A model generated the notes under the pieces. It was given only the letters and a program-made list of their open reading frames with translations. It was not told where the DNA came from and made no database searches. Source: Octopus bimaculoides (taxonomy: Eukaryota). Taken from it: 64,000 bases of DNA. The position numbers were made by a program, and so were the translations under genes. The DNA lies in assembly GCF_001194135.2 (NCBI RefSeq), contig NC_068987.1:55219570-55283569 (forward strand), given 5' to 3'. Numbering within the stretch: the stretch's first letter is position 1; each line of letters begins with the position of its first letter. Positions 1 through 14,000 of the stretch are shown piece by piece.

Positions 1-113
1 AATATGGCACTACCCAGTGATGTTGTTGTTAGTGCTATTGACAGTTAGTCAGATATCCTAATACTCTATGTAAGGTTCTAGCCACCACACCCAGCCTTAC
101 CTAGTTTATTATT

Positions 114-512
114 ATTGTTGTTGTTGTTGTTGTTGGCATTCCGTCGCTTACGACGTCGAGGGTTCCAGTTGATCCGATCAACGGAACAGCCTGCTCGTGA
201 AATTAACGTGCAAGTGGCTGAGCACTCCACAGACACGTGTACCCTTAACGTAGTTCTCGGGGATATTCAGCGTGACACAGTGTGACAAGGCTGACCCTTT
301 GAATTACAGGCACAACAGAAACAGGAAGTAAGAGTGAGAGAAAGTTGTGGTGGAAGAGTACAGCAGGGTTCGCCACCATCCCCTGCCAGAGCCTCGTGGA
401 GCTTTAGGTGTTTTTGCTCAATAAACACTCACAACGCCCGTTCTGGGAATCGAAACCTCGATCCTATGACCATGAGTCCGCTGCCCTAACCACTGGGCCA
501 TTGCGCCTCCAC
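114..512 (-). mobile_element. tRNA-derived SINE (Octopus-type), full length, (AAC)n tail
   Basis: Reverse complement of the GTGGAGGCGCAATGGCCCAGTGGTTAGG... head with A/B-box-like motifs; 12-bp TSD cctagtttatta at 100-111 and 514-525. Confidence 0.92.
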
Positions 513-1998
513 TCCTAGTTTATTAATACCTAAAGTAAATATAATCTCATGATTTCACTATATTTTGGAATAATTGCTTTAAAAAGATACAGAAAAATTT
601 CAATTCATCTGGGAATGTTGATTCACTTGGAATTGTTGAAGACAGCTCAAACTAAGTTTCATAAAATTGTGCAGAAAGTATAACCAAATTATTGAACCCT
701 GTCATCATTTTAATGTCCATGCTTTCTAGCTTCCATTGATCAGATGGGGCAGATTTTCTATGGCTACATGCTTTTCCTATCACCAACACTCATGTGTTTC
801 CGAATAAGTTTAATGTTTTTTTTTCCTCTCATAACCGGACATGCTGTCATGGAAAATTGGAAACAGTGCTTGGATGATGGCGACATGTATTTATAACCGT
901 CACATGATGTTGAGATGAAGATGCATACACATTCACTATGAATATCATTCAGTTTCTGTCTACTAAATACCCTCACAAAGCTTTGGTCAGCTTGAGACTA
1001 GTAGATGATACAGTAGTTGCCACACTGTAGGACTGAGCCCAAAACTATGTGGATGGGAAGGAAACTTCATAACCACACAGCCATGGCAGCACCTTACAGA
1101 AAACATCATTCATACATTTTATTTTTATTTTAGGACATAGAATAATACTATACTAATCATTGTCGTTTTGATGTCTACTTTTCCTTGCTTGCATGGGTCA
1201 GACAGAATTAATTCAGGTAGAATTTTTTGCAACCTGATGCCCTTCTTGTCACCAACCCTCACTTGTTTCCAAGCAAAAGTAATACCGCCTTATGGCCAGA
1301 CATGTTTTCATGGAAGATTCGCAGCAAATGACACCACTTGTATGACGGTGACACTCATTTACAACTATTATGCTGCTATGTCTTGACAAAGAAGCACTCT
1401 CTCTCCTTTCTCCTTTCTCTCCTCTCTCTTCCCTCTCTTGCCTTTCTCTCCTCTCTCTCCCTCACACACACATAAAATAGGCTTCTTTCAGTCTTAATCA
1501 ACCAAATCTACTCAATGTTTTTGTTGGCCTGGAGTGATAGAAGACACTTGCCCAAACTTCTTAATCTCTCACCCATGCTTACTGTTTATGTTTAAATCAA
1601 AATTTTCCATCATAATTTTTTATATGAGAACTTTTTATTATGTCATGTTCCAAACATTGGTTTAATATTGACCACGTTAATTGCTTCATTACATTCCTCG
1701 AAATTCTTATTTATTTTTGAAAAAAATCAAAATATATGTGGTCTCTGTATTTCATTAGATATATTGTTAGAAAGAGGTTAAGGTGATTGGAAAGGTTTAA
1801 CATTGGATATACAGATATAAGATGTCCAATAATTTGGGCTGTTTGATTTAACGCTTGTGCTAAAGACATTCAGTCTGTTTTTATTGAGATTGCGTGTCAT
1901 CTTGGGTTAGTGGCTCTAAGTACAGCCGAGGTTGATCAAAGCCTCGCAAGTGGTTTTGGTTGGCAAACCTGAAATATGCTTTTTATGCTTATTATGTC

Positions 1999-2000
<2 letters not shown>

Positions 2001-2060
<60 letters not shown>
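2001..2060. repeat. compound (TG)n(TA)n microsatellite, representative of many
   Basis: Other examples: (CT)n 5099-5140 and 8901-8967, (TA)n 5863-5912, (CA)n 8370-8401, (TTA)n(CTA)n 19749-19828, (ATT)n(ACT)n about 43600-43670. Confidence 0.95.
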
Positions 2061-2061
<1 letters not shown>

Positions 2062-2516
2062 CTGTTGTAAGTAAGTGTCACTGTCATACAAGCAGTGTCA
2101 TACCTTTCCAATATTCTGTGAAAACATGTCTGGCCATAGGGAGGTATGACCTTGTCTGAAAATGGATGAGAGCTGGTGGCAGGAATGTCATCCAGCCATT
2201 GAAACTATGCCTTATTACAGTCTGACGCAAGTATGGAAAAATGGATGTTAGAATAAAACAAAGCATGTGCAGCCCTAAAATGTTGTAAAGGGGTTTCCAT
2301 TTTAAAGATAAGGTATTTGATAAATAACTCAACTAGAAACCATTCACTAATCAAATAGATTTCTGTTTTTTAGATACAGAAATAAAGCCTTCTGTAGTCA
2401 GAATACAGAATTTTTTTCACTTTTATTGCTGTTTGTTCAGCCTGATTGGAATAATTAACTTCTTTCATTCACAATTTTATGTTGTGGCTTAAAAAAAAAA
2501 AAATTACATTGCTTAA

Positions 2517-2729
2517 CCCTTTTGTTTCTATATTTCTGTTAAAATATGCTGCCTGTGTTTCAGTTGATTTGGAAAATAATTTAGTGAAATAACTGACACC
2601 ATTAAGCCAATGTTTGTAACACAATTTAACATAGATATTTGATGGACAGTTTTAATATAGATCACTTTAAAATAAAATGTTTGTATCATAGAATCAAGGG
2701 CAGTTTCGGGTGGGTTGTTATCAAAAGGG
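2517..2729. mobile_element. piggyBac-like MITE
   Basis: TTAA-CCCTTTTG...CAAAAGGG-TTAA; related copies at about 13970-14158, 15105-15320, 15340-15558, 39907-40383 and 58851-59069. Confidence 0.75.
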
Positions 2730-3382
2730 TTAAAGTAATAATTCATTATCATCATCAGTAGTTAACGTTTACTTTCCATGCTTGGTCCAACCCATGCCAG
2801 CATGGACAACGGACATTAAATGATGATGATGCTTGCATGGGTTGAACAGAATTCATTGAGGTTGAGTTTCTGAAGTGATATGCCCTTCCTGTCACCAACC
2901 CCCATCTGTTTCCAAGCAAGGTAATATTTCCCAAAAGCTAGGCATCTTTCTCATGGAAGACTAGAAACTAACAACATTGCTTGTATGACAGTGATGTTCA
3001 TTTACTATCACATTATGTTAAAACAAATATTTACACTCATGCACAGGGGTTTACACACATGCACAAGGCCTTGAAGGGGTTTAGCTGAACAAAACCCCAG
3101 TAATTTCTTTTTATCTTTAAGTCTTTGGTACTTATTCTATTAGCCTCTTTTACTAGGATATAAACAAACCAACACTGGTTATCATGTGGTGGTAGGAACA
3201 AACACTAAGATCACACAGACTAGCTTCTTTCAGTTTCTGCCTACAAAATCTGCTTGTAAAGCTTTGGGCAGCCAAGGTTATAGTAGAAGACATTTGCTCA
3301 AGGAACCATGCAGAATCCAGAACCATGTAAATGAGAAGCAAACTTCTTACCACACAAACATGCCTGTGTCTAACAGGTTTCT

Positions 3383-3612
3383 TATTTCTTTATTGCCCAC
3401 AAGGGGCTAAACATAGAGGTGACAAACAAGGACAGACAAAGGGATTAAGTCAATTACATCAACCCAGTGCGTAACTGGTACTTAATTTATCGACCCCGAA
3501 AGGATAAAAGGCAAAATCGACCTCGGCGGAATTTGAACTCAGAATGTAACAGCAGATGAAATACCGCTAAGCATTTCGCCCGGCACGCTAACGATTCTGC
3601 CAGATCGCCGCC
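3383..3612 (-). mobile_element. second SINE family (ggcggcgagctggcag... head), nested in an older SINE
   Basis: Matches the + copy at about 28333-28545; 17-bp TSD gtgtctaacaggtttct at 3366-3382 and 3624-3640. Confidence 0.85.
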
Positions 3613-4702
3613 TTTTCTAACAGGTGTCTAACAGGTTTCTACCAAAGCCACTCGTAAAGCTTTGGTCAGTCTGGGGCTGCAGGATGGGGTCAAACCCAAG
3701 ACCACATAAATGGAAAGCAAGCTTTTTAACCCTCTTGTGACACCTGGGCTGATTCATCAGCCTGAGCAATACAAGCTGAAAGGATTTTGAGTCTGATACA
3801 TCTGTCCAATGAAACAAATGTTTTGAAGTGTAATAGCCAGTCAGAGATCATCTTTCTGTAGATAAAATATATAACTTTTACATACTAATGAACAGTTTTA
3901 GGCAATTTATCGTTTATTTTTCTACATACCTCCATCAATTTCAATCTCAACCGAAAAAAATTTTGATCTTTTTTTTTTGGCTACACATGCCAAAACACTG
4001 TGTCGCAAAAGTGTTAAAACACAGCCATGCTTGTGCCTTACCTCACTTAATACATCACAATTTATAACTGATGTCTATTTTGATATTCCAACCAACTCTG
4101 AACTGTTTACCGTTCATTGCTTCATTATGTACTGAAGTACAAAACCTTGTTTTCATCTGACTAACATTAATATTTATAGAGCAAGGTGTCTGTCTGCCTA
4201 CTTAATAGCTGTTAAATTTAAAATAAACTTTATCACACCATTCTTTCCCACCAGACTGATTAGTAAAGCCTCTGAGGCAATAACAAGACGCATACAGGCA
4301 ATAATGATCTTTGGTTAAAGAAGCTACTGTTATTAAGTATTGTCAATGGTTTCTTGTCAATAGTCAGGGCCCACCTCAAGCCTTATTCATGGCATCTTCT
4401 CAAACGTTTTTCTTTACCTCTGTTGTTTGTCTATGTGTATATCATCTGTGTGTGTTTAGCACTGTGATCATGTTGGTGTATTAGTGTATGTATATCTAGA
4501 TGTATATTTGTGTGTGTGTGTGTATTGCTTAGCCCATGAAATATTCAATGAATGAATAAACTAATCAATATTTTCACTTCCTGTTGAATGACTATCTTAT
4601 TACTTCAGTCTCTCTCTCTCTGTACATCAGCTCACCCTCTCTCTCATGTCTCTCTTTTACTCCTCTACTTCCCTCTTCTTTCCTTTCTCTGTACATCAAC
4701 TC

Positions 4703-4734
<32 letters not shown>

Positions 4735-4830
4735 ACTCTCTCTCTCTACTTCTCTCTTTCACTCATCTCTCTTCTGTCCTATCTTTACACTGCATCTCTC
4801 TCTCATCTAATAATATGGTTTCTCTTTTAG

Positions 4831-4966
4831 CTCCACGACTACGAAAGCCAGATTTGCAGGAGGTGATAGATTTCCTTGGCAGTCCCAATGATGCCATCAA
4901 AGCAGACTCAGCTGGTTACCTACAACATCTCTGTTTTATGGATGATGATGTTAAGGCTAAAACAAG
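4831..4966 (+). CDS. CTNND2: p120/delta-catenin exon A (ARM1): [45 protein letters not shown]
   Basis: Acceptor ctcttttag|4831, donor AG|GTGAAT at 4967; phase 1 in, phase 2 out; gapless match to ARM1 of p120 family. Confidence 0.93.
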
Positions 4967-5093
4967 GTGAATTCTTTATTTCCTCTCATCTCTTTTATAT
5001 TTATTTGTCTCTTCCTGTTGTACTTTTTCATTTTTTTTTTGTTTCATTTTCCTCCTAGCTTTTTGCACCTTACACTTTCTTTTTCTCTTTTTT

Positions 5094-5144
<51 letters not shown>

Positions 5145-5860
5145 GTTTATCTTTATTTTTTACTTTCACCTTCTTTCCTCTATTAAACACACACATGCAT
5201 ACATATTTAATATTGACTGTTTGACAAAAGAGTACTCAAAAAAAGATGTACTCAATACCATAGTAGAGACTGGTAATAAATTTTGGTCAAGTCAGTTTCT
5301 GGTGACTCTGAGTTCCACCTGTGAGTGCACAGGCCCTTCAGGCAAGTTATGACTAAAAATTGATGGGATTTGCTTACCTATATATAGCTTTCTTGTCATA
5401 AGGTGTGGTGATCAACAGAAAATATAACAAACAGAAATAAAGGCGAAAATGAAGAAAGATGGTGTTAGGAAAAGAAATGGAATGAGAATGAAGTACAATG
5501 TGTGGGTATTAGAATGCTATAAAATATATATATATATATATAATGTATTCAATAATATATTTTACAGGGCATCCAGCTGTAGAAACTCTGCCAAATTAGA
5601 CTGGAGCCTGGTGTTGCCATCCGGTTTCACCAGTCCTCAGTCAAATCGTCCAACCCATGCTAGCATGGAAGGCGGACGTTAAACGATGATGATGATGATG
5701 ATGATGAACACAAACATTGCCTGGTATAAAACTCAATACACTAGGTAGAGTGGATAGATATGTATCCCATATCCAACATGACATCTTAATCTGAGTTTTA
5801 ACCTTTGCTGCGCTGTTCATGTCTAGCACTCCACTCTACCCAGCTTTCTGATCTTCTTAC

Positions 5861-5915
<55 letters not shown>

Positions 5916-8066
5916 TCATCATCGTTTAACGTCCGCTTTCCATGCTAGCATGGGTTGGACTATTTGACTGAGGACTGGTGGATCAGGAGGTGACACCAGG
6001 CTCCAATCTGGTGTCTACAGCTGGATGCCCTTCCTAATGCCAACCACTCCGAGAGTGTAGTGGGTGTTTTTACGTGCCACCGTCACGAAGGCCAATCAGG
6101 CGGTACTGGCAACGGCCACGCTCAAAATGGTGTATTTTATGTGCCACCTGCACAGGAGCCAGTCCAGCAGCACTGGCAACGATCTCACTCGAATGTCTTT
6201 ACATGTGCCACCGGCACAAGTGCCAGGAAGGCGACGCTGGGCACAGGTGCCATCACGATTTCGCTTTCGCTTGCCCCAACAGGTCTTCGCAAGCTGAGTT
6301 TCGTGTCCAATGAAGGAGACGACGTTGGCACAGGTGCCAGTCGTCGAATTTAGTTCAATTTCGATTTCACTTGCCTCAACAGGTTTTCGCAAGCAGAGTT
6401 TAGTGTCCAATGAAAGAAAGGTATGCATAAGTGGGCTGGCTACATCCCTGGCAGAGGCCTTGCATTTAGGTCTCACTTGGCTTGCCGGGTCTTCTCACGC
6501 ACAACATATTTCCAAAGGTCTCCAAGTATACACATACACGTGTGTGTGTGTGCATATTTGTATCTGTCTCCTTCACTGGTTGTCAGTCAGTGGTGGTGGC
6601 GATGACAAACACAGACACATGTCCCCGTAACTTAATGATTCAGCAAAAGAGCTCAATAGAATAAATACTAATCTTTAAAAAAGGGAAAAGCCCTGGGGTT
6701 GATTCATTCAACTAGAATCCTTGAAGGTGTTACCCCCATCATGCCCACAATCAAATGACTGAGACAAGTAAAAGATAAAAGATAAAGGTAGTTCTTTCAA
6801 CAGAAATGCAGTAACAAAAAGGTTCACTCTCCTCCTACTATACATACTAAATAAAGGAACGACACATTTGGTAATACTATCTTAAGCATATCTCTAAAAC
6901 AGATGCTTTTGATTCTAGGCCTGCTGAGTTTGAATTGATCTGAGGCTTCCAGTTCAGACTTTCACTTCGTGTCTGGTCACAGTCTCATATTCTGCACCCA
7001 CCACATAAATGAAATTAAACTACATCAACATTCAGTGGCCTCCTCCTTTAAAAACAAAGCTCTTCACCCTTTCCAAGCCATCCCCTTATCAAATGAATTG
7101 CGTCAACATTCCATGGTGACCTCCTTGCCTAATGAAACTGACCAATCTTCCATCTTAATCAAATGAACCTTACCAACCTCATATGGCCCTCACTCAATTA
7201 AATATGCCTTATCAACTTTCTATGCTCAGCCCCCTTCTCAAATGAACCTTATCAATCTTTGTAGTGTCACTCCATGATCAAATGTACCTTGCACATCATT
7301 CCTCTGTACCTCTACTTTACCATGGACTTCTTCCACTCCCTCCTTTTTTTTACTTCTTGGATGGAGTTAAAAGGGGAGTGGTGGTGTTTCTGTCTCCTCT
7401 TTTCCGTCTTCCAAATCTCTCTTTCTCACCTCTGTCATTTTAAACGCAACACCCCTCCTCTTTAGAATAACCCGTTACACACGCACTCTCTCTGAGTCTA
7501 ACCAGTACCGTTGCTATTACTCACAAATCTCTTTTATCTCCTCATGGCTGGCATGACCATATTCAAAGGTTTGTGGGTATGTGTGTGTGTGTGAGAGAGA
7601 GAGAGAGAAGAAGGAAAAAGGTGATTGGTAGTTTTGTTTTATTATCATCACATACACATAAATGCGCATTTATTGTATCCTAGCACTGTACATTGTGGAA
7701 AAGGGTAGAGTAGGGTGCATGCATTTCACACTCACTATTTCTCATAACTTATTCATAATTTTCAAAGGCTTTCTCTTTCACTTGTATACTGACGTGTCTG
7801 TGTGTGTACGTGCATGTTGTCATGTCTGACTCTGTGTATGTGTGAATACTTCTTTAGTGTAGTGCAAAGTGCAAATTGTGTATAAATTTGCAAGAGCTTT
7901 AGCAGTCATGCAACTGTGTGTGTGGGCACGCATGCATGCATGCCTGTGTCAGTGCCTGTATGTATACAAGGAAATGGTAATGTCTTCAGAATATGGGATG
8001 AAAGAGGGGCAGACAGACAGAACAGATGGAAAGAAGCATCAGTTTTGTACAAGTGTGTGTGTGTCG

Positions 8067-8113
<47 letters not shown>

Positions 8114-8366
8114 CTATATATAATTTCCTAGTCTAATTGCATATGTTTGGTTGTACATGTATTTACAGTCAATAGAAATAAAGGTGGGGGTGTTAATGTA
8201 TGCCTCAAAGTTTATTTACTGTTTGTTAATGCAAGCATACATGCATGCATGAATGCATATGAAAAGCACTTATTAGTGCATGCAATTGTTTTCTGCAGTG
8301 TTTCTACAGTCAGTAGTTCACATATGCTAGTGTATATTTAGACAGTGTTGACATGGACTTGTGTGT

Positions 8367-8403
<37 letters not shown>

Positions 8404-8896
8404 AGTGCACATGCATTTAGGATAAAGCTCAGTCTAGTTGATATACATGCATGCATGAATGGTCATGCCTTGCACTCACATGCATACTATGCACACACCC
8501 TGTATGTACCTTCATTCTCTCTGCTGCTTATATTCACATGCTTACTCTTTCTATCTTTCACAATAACATAGGCTCTCGTTCTCTTCTACTCATCTCTTTC
8601 TCTTCTACTCATCTCTTTCTACACCTCATTCATTACCTTTTCTCTCTCAGACATTAGGCTATTTCCTTATATGAAAAATAAAATAGCATCTTTCTGAAGG
8701 AATGGAACCTGTTTCTGTTTTCAAGCATTTTTGCTTTGTTTTGTTTTGTTTTGTCTTTTTATTCCTCTGTTTAATGTTGCTTCAGTGAACTAAAAGGGCC
8801 GTCAAAGAATTTACTTCCATCTCTAGTGTTAACAGTCTACACTACTCTGTAGAATTTGATGTTGTAACTGACTCTGCTATGAATAAAGTATGTTTT

Positions 8897-8970
<74 letters not shown>

Positions 8971-11058
8971 TTTTTGTATGTCTCCCTCAAAAATACTTTA
9001 TTCCAATCCACCCACCAGCTTAGAAGTTGTGTGTGGAATTGAAACTCACTGCAGTAGGCAGAAGTAATATTTAAAAGTTGATGATTTGATTTTCTGTGCT
9101 GAAATCAATTCTACCGTGTGTATAACTTTCAAGGCTAATTTCCATAATCCCTCATTAATGGATGAAAGAATCTGATAGAAAAAAGAAGTCAAGCAATTGA
9201 TGATCTTATTGGTGATAATAATTTCACATATCAATTTGATTTAATTACATGTTCTTTTCACAAGAGAATTACTCCAGTTCTTAGTGGAGGCGCAATGGCC
9301 CAGTGGTTAGGGCAGCGGACTCGCGGTCATAGGATCGCGGCTTTGATTCCCAGACCGGGCATTGTGAGTGTTTATTGAGCGAAAACACCTAAAGCTCCAC
9401 GAGGCTCCGGCAGGGGATGGTGGTGAACCCTGCTGTACTCTTCCACCACAACTTTCTCTCACTCTTACTTCCTGTTTCTGTTGTGCCTGTAATTCAAAGG
9501 GTCAGCCTTGTCACACTGTGTCATGCTGAATATCCCCAAGAACTATGTTAAGGGTACACGTGTCTGTGGAGTGCTCAGCCACTTGCACGTTAATTTCACG
9601 AGCAGGCTGTTCCGTTGATCGGATCAACTGGAACCCTTGACGTCGTAAGCAACGGAGTGCCGACAACAACAACTCCAGTTCTTATGGAACTGACTGAAGG
9701 AAATTTCTGTATAATTGTCGGTCTCATTCTTGTCTAAACCCAACTCAGCTCTGATTGAGCAGATCAAAGGTATTCTAGCCATGACCATCCTGTCATTTTG
9801 TAAATTTAAGACATTTTTACAGTATGTTTGTTCTTTTTGGCAAGATGGTAAAATGTTATTTGCAAAATTTTGCTACAGTTCTTTGGAGATGAAACAGCCC
9901 TGTACAGTTCACTCCTTTGCTTTCTATGTGACATTCCACATCATGACCTTCACCCTGCACTAAATGCTTTTCATAAGTATGTTTCTCACTCTCCCTCTAA
10001 TACTGCAGATTCTTGAAAATCATTTCCTGTTCATGTTTTTCCCTTGTCTACTTAAGAGTTAAACTAGCATATGTGTATACGTTTTTCAATCTTCCCACCC
10101 CTTTTCTTCCTTTTTTTTTTTTTTTTGATCTGATGAAAGATTAACATCAGAAATGTTAAGGACTCTTCCTTATTAAACATTGTCTCTCTTGTTTTTTCTT
10201 ATTGATTTTGTTCATCCATTTTATATATATATANNNNNNNNNNNNNNNNNNNNNNNNNNNNNNNNNNNNNNNNNNNNNNNNNNNNNNNNNNNNNNNNNNN
10301 NNNNNNNNNNNNNNNNNNNNNNNNNNNNNNNNNNNNNNNNNNNNNNNNNNNNNNNNNNNNNNNNNNNNNNNNNNNNNNNNNNNNNNNNNNNNNNNNNNNN
10401 NNNNNNNNNNNNNNNNNNNNNNNNNNNNNNNNNNNNNNNNNNNNNNNNNNNNNNNNNNNNNNNNNNNNNNNNNNNNNNNNNNNNNNNNNNNNNNNNNNNN
10501 NNNNNNNNNNNNNNNNNNNNNNNNNNNNNNNNNNNNNNNNNNNNNNNNNNNNNNNNNNNNNNNNNNNNNNNNNNNNNNNNNNNNNNNNNNNNNNNNNNNN
10601 NNNNNNNNNNNNNNNNNNNNNNNNNNNNNNNNNNNNNNNNNNNNNNNNNNNNNNNNNNNNNNNNNNNNNNNNNNNNNNNNNNNNNNNNNNNNNNNNNNNN
10701 NNNNNNNNNNNNNNNNNNNNNNNNNNNNNNNNNNNNNNNNNNNNNNNNNNNNNNNNNNNNNNNNNNNNNNNNNNNNNNNNNNNNNNNNNNNNNNNNNNNN
10801 NNNNNNNNNNNNNNNNNNNNNNNNNNNNNNNNNNNNNNNNNNNNNNNNNNNAATATGGAATGTATAATATAAATAGTAAAATGAAATGAAGTATTGAATG
10901 TCTTATTGAATATATGAAATATTGAGTATTAAATATAGAGTATTAAATATATAAGGACTAGTATACTTTCCTGCCTCATGGCAGTCATCAAGGTCCCGAC
11001 TGCCATATTTATTTCCCCCCACTATATATATATATATACACACACACACATATACATT

Positions 11059-11091
<33 letters not shown>

Positions 11092-14000
11092 TATACATTA
11101 TATATATATATATATATACACATACATACATTATATATACATGACATATATATGTCCTAGTATGACCACAGTTAATACTAATAACACAATAAAAAGAACC
11201 TATGTTTTTCAACTTTTTCACTTATTACTTTCTCTTTCTTAAAGACATTTCATTAAAATAAAGACAAAATGAAGCCTACTAGACACAATATACCTTAATT
11301 GTCTTCTGTTTATGATTTCTATTTATGTGACAAAACAACTGATTATTGTCTTTATTTTTGGAACCCACCAGAGCCCTTGGGGGCATTCCTCCTCTTATCG
11401 CACTGCTGAATCATGAAATTCCCGAGGTACATAAGAATGCATGTGGGGCTCTGAAAAATTTATCTTATGGACGAAACAATGATGATAATAAGGTAATGTA
11501 TTTCCTTTGCGGTTTTGATGTTGGATTGATATGATCTATAATATTTAATAAAGAAAAAATAAAGGAGATTTTTTTTTTATCTTCATGCCAGGCAATAGGG
11601 CTTGGAACTGTTCTCTGGCTTGTCAATTCTTATCAAACCATCCAACCCACACCAGCATGGAAAATGAGCACTAAATGATATAATGTATGTATGTGTTTGT
11701 GTGAATTTGTATCTTGACATCACATGATGGTTGTAAACAAGCATCACTGTCATACAAGCAGTGTGGTTCATTTTCAGTCTTCCATAAACAACATGTATGG
11801 TTATGGTCAATATTATCTTGCTTGGAAACAGATAAGGGCTGGTGACAAGTAGGGCATTTATTTGACTGTTGAATATTACCTGCCTTGCTAAATTCAATCT
11901 AATCTATGCAGACATAGAGAATTGGACATCAACACTTCAGCATTTAAACCAGCCATATATAACCAGAATATTGTACCTGTTTTATGTTCAAATTGGCCAG
12001 ATCTGGCCTCTCACACCAACCTTACAGTATCATTCTAAAATTAATTTATCTCATTAAAATCTCAAAGCCATAAAATAATGATTGATTGACTGACAAAATA
12101 ATGTGAATGCTAAAAGGTTAAATGATGATATATATATGCTGAAGTGCACTGTTGTGCCCTTTTGTTTTTTTGTCGCTTATATTCAGGTCAGTCTTATTGT
12201 AACTCTTGAAATCTGTGGTATCAAGTGATGTTTATTTTACTTTGGTTTGTGAAGAAATATAGACTGATCTTCAGAAATTCTCTATCAATTCTTCCATTGC
12301 TATCCAAAGGTTTTCTTCTAGCAAAAGTTCTCTATCAACATTCTTGCTTCAAACATGTAAACTTACTTTTGCTGAATGTATATACTTTAACGGTAGAGTA
12401 ATGAACCAGGGATGGTAGCAGTATTTTTGTAGTTCTCTCGTCATTTACTTTATAATTAGTTTAACATTCATGTTTTCTATTTTAACTTGAGTTCAGTGCC
12501 TGCAGGATTGTATATTTCTTGTATGTGTATCTGTTATATTTATAGTGTAAATATCTTTCTTCTATAAGTCACTTCTACAAAGGAGAACTTTTTAAACATA
12601 ATAAAGAGGATATATACTTTAAAAATTCAGTCTTCGTTTATTAGTGAAACCAGCAATACTTTAGCTTCTCCCTTTTGCTTAAAATAACTGCTTCCAATCG
12701 TAAAAGATAAATACAGATAGATTGTTCATTTAGCAATTTTTTCTTTTGTCATAGTTGTGTATAAAACATGGAGACTGTCTCAATTTGTCCCTTTCTTTCC
12801 TTTGTTATTCAGAAAGCCATAAAAAATGCATCTGGTGTTCCAGCATTGACCCGACTGTTACGGAAGTCTTCAGATGAAGAAGTTAAAGAAATGGTTACTG
12901 GTGTCTTATGGAATCTATCTTCATGTGAAGTAAGAACTTTATTCTTTCTCCTTCTCCATCATTTTCCTTCTTGCCAACACTAGAACCACTTTAATATGTA
13001 CATGTGGAATATTTATACATAATTATGGGTATTGGGTTGTTAAACATAACCCTTTGCTCCCCCCCCCTCCTCCTGTACTCTGTACTCAAAATTCAAATTT
13101 TGCAAGGAATCAATTGTCATTCTTCTGAAACAAACAATATCCATAACAGATGTTCTAAGGTTTGTATTTCTATCTGTTTAGAAACTTTATTCCTACATTT
13201 GGGAATTGTTTACTGATGACATCATAAAAGTTTAAAAACTTCGAGAGAATGTGAAATAATTTGTTTTTGGAACAGTGAAACTAGAAGCAGTTAAAGCCTT
13301 TTTTTATCTAAAGAGATTTTTAACTTAGTGTTTACATGCTGTTATATGTAGTTTTATTTGCTTTGAGTGTCACTATTCCAGAAAGGAATTATTTGATGTT
13401 CTCTCAGGCAAAATTTCTTAAGTCTTACAACATAAACCACAGTATAAATATTTTACTAATGACAATCCATTCTGCTGTACAACTTCTCTACAAAATTTAG
13501 CTGGTGGCCTAGAGCCTTTTTTAAAGGTATCATTGTTTGTGAAACTAGTAGATATTTGGTAAATTATTCCTGCTGCAACCTGAAAAAATACAATGATGTG
13601 AATTTCAATGCTAGGCTGCTTTATTTCTGTTTTCCCTTTTACTAATTCCTGCACCACACCATACCAATATCAATTTAAATTATGAAATTTGCCCAGGATA
13701 TTTACAAATCAATAACACTAAAAATCACATTTCAATTTTTTTTTTCTTCAAAAAATTAGTTTTAGTTTTAATTTCAGATTATCATATTTTATTTTTATAT
13801 AAAGGTTTTATCAATTTGAAATTAAATTCTGAAAAAATGAATAAATAAATAAAATGATTTATAAAAGAAAATAGCAAAAAATTTTTTTTTTTTTTTTTTT
13901 CATTTAGAAAATTTTAAACAAAAAATATATGACATTACAAATAATTGCCTGTTAAAACAGTTTTAATTCTTTTGATACCAAAGCACCTGACACTGTCCCT

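Noticed and set aside
6060-6664. Overlapping ORFs at 6060-6664 that resemble ORFs at 24533-24893
   Set aside because: Similarity arises because both are copies of the same non-coding retroelement in opposite orientation; frames differ by indels and there is no domain signature.
9284-9360. tRNA gene-like sequence (also 14302, 440-512, 32880-32954)
   Set aside because: These are SINE heads continuous with a 300-bp body, tail and TSDs, not stand-alone tRNAs.
10180-10872. 220-230 aa ORFs; also 53867-54178
   Set aside because: Artefacts of N runs translated as X.
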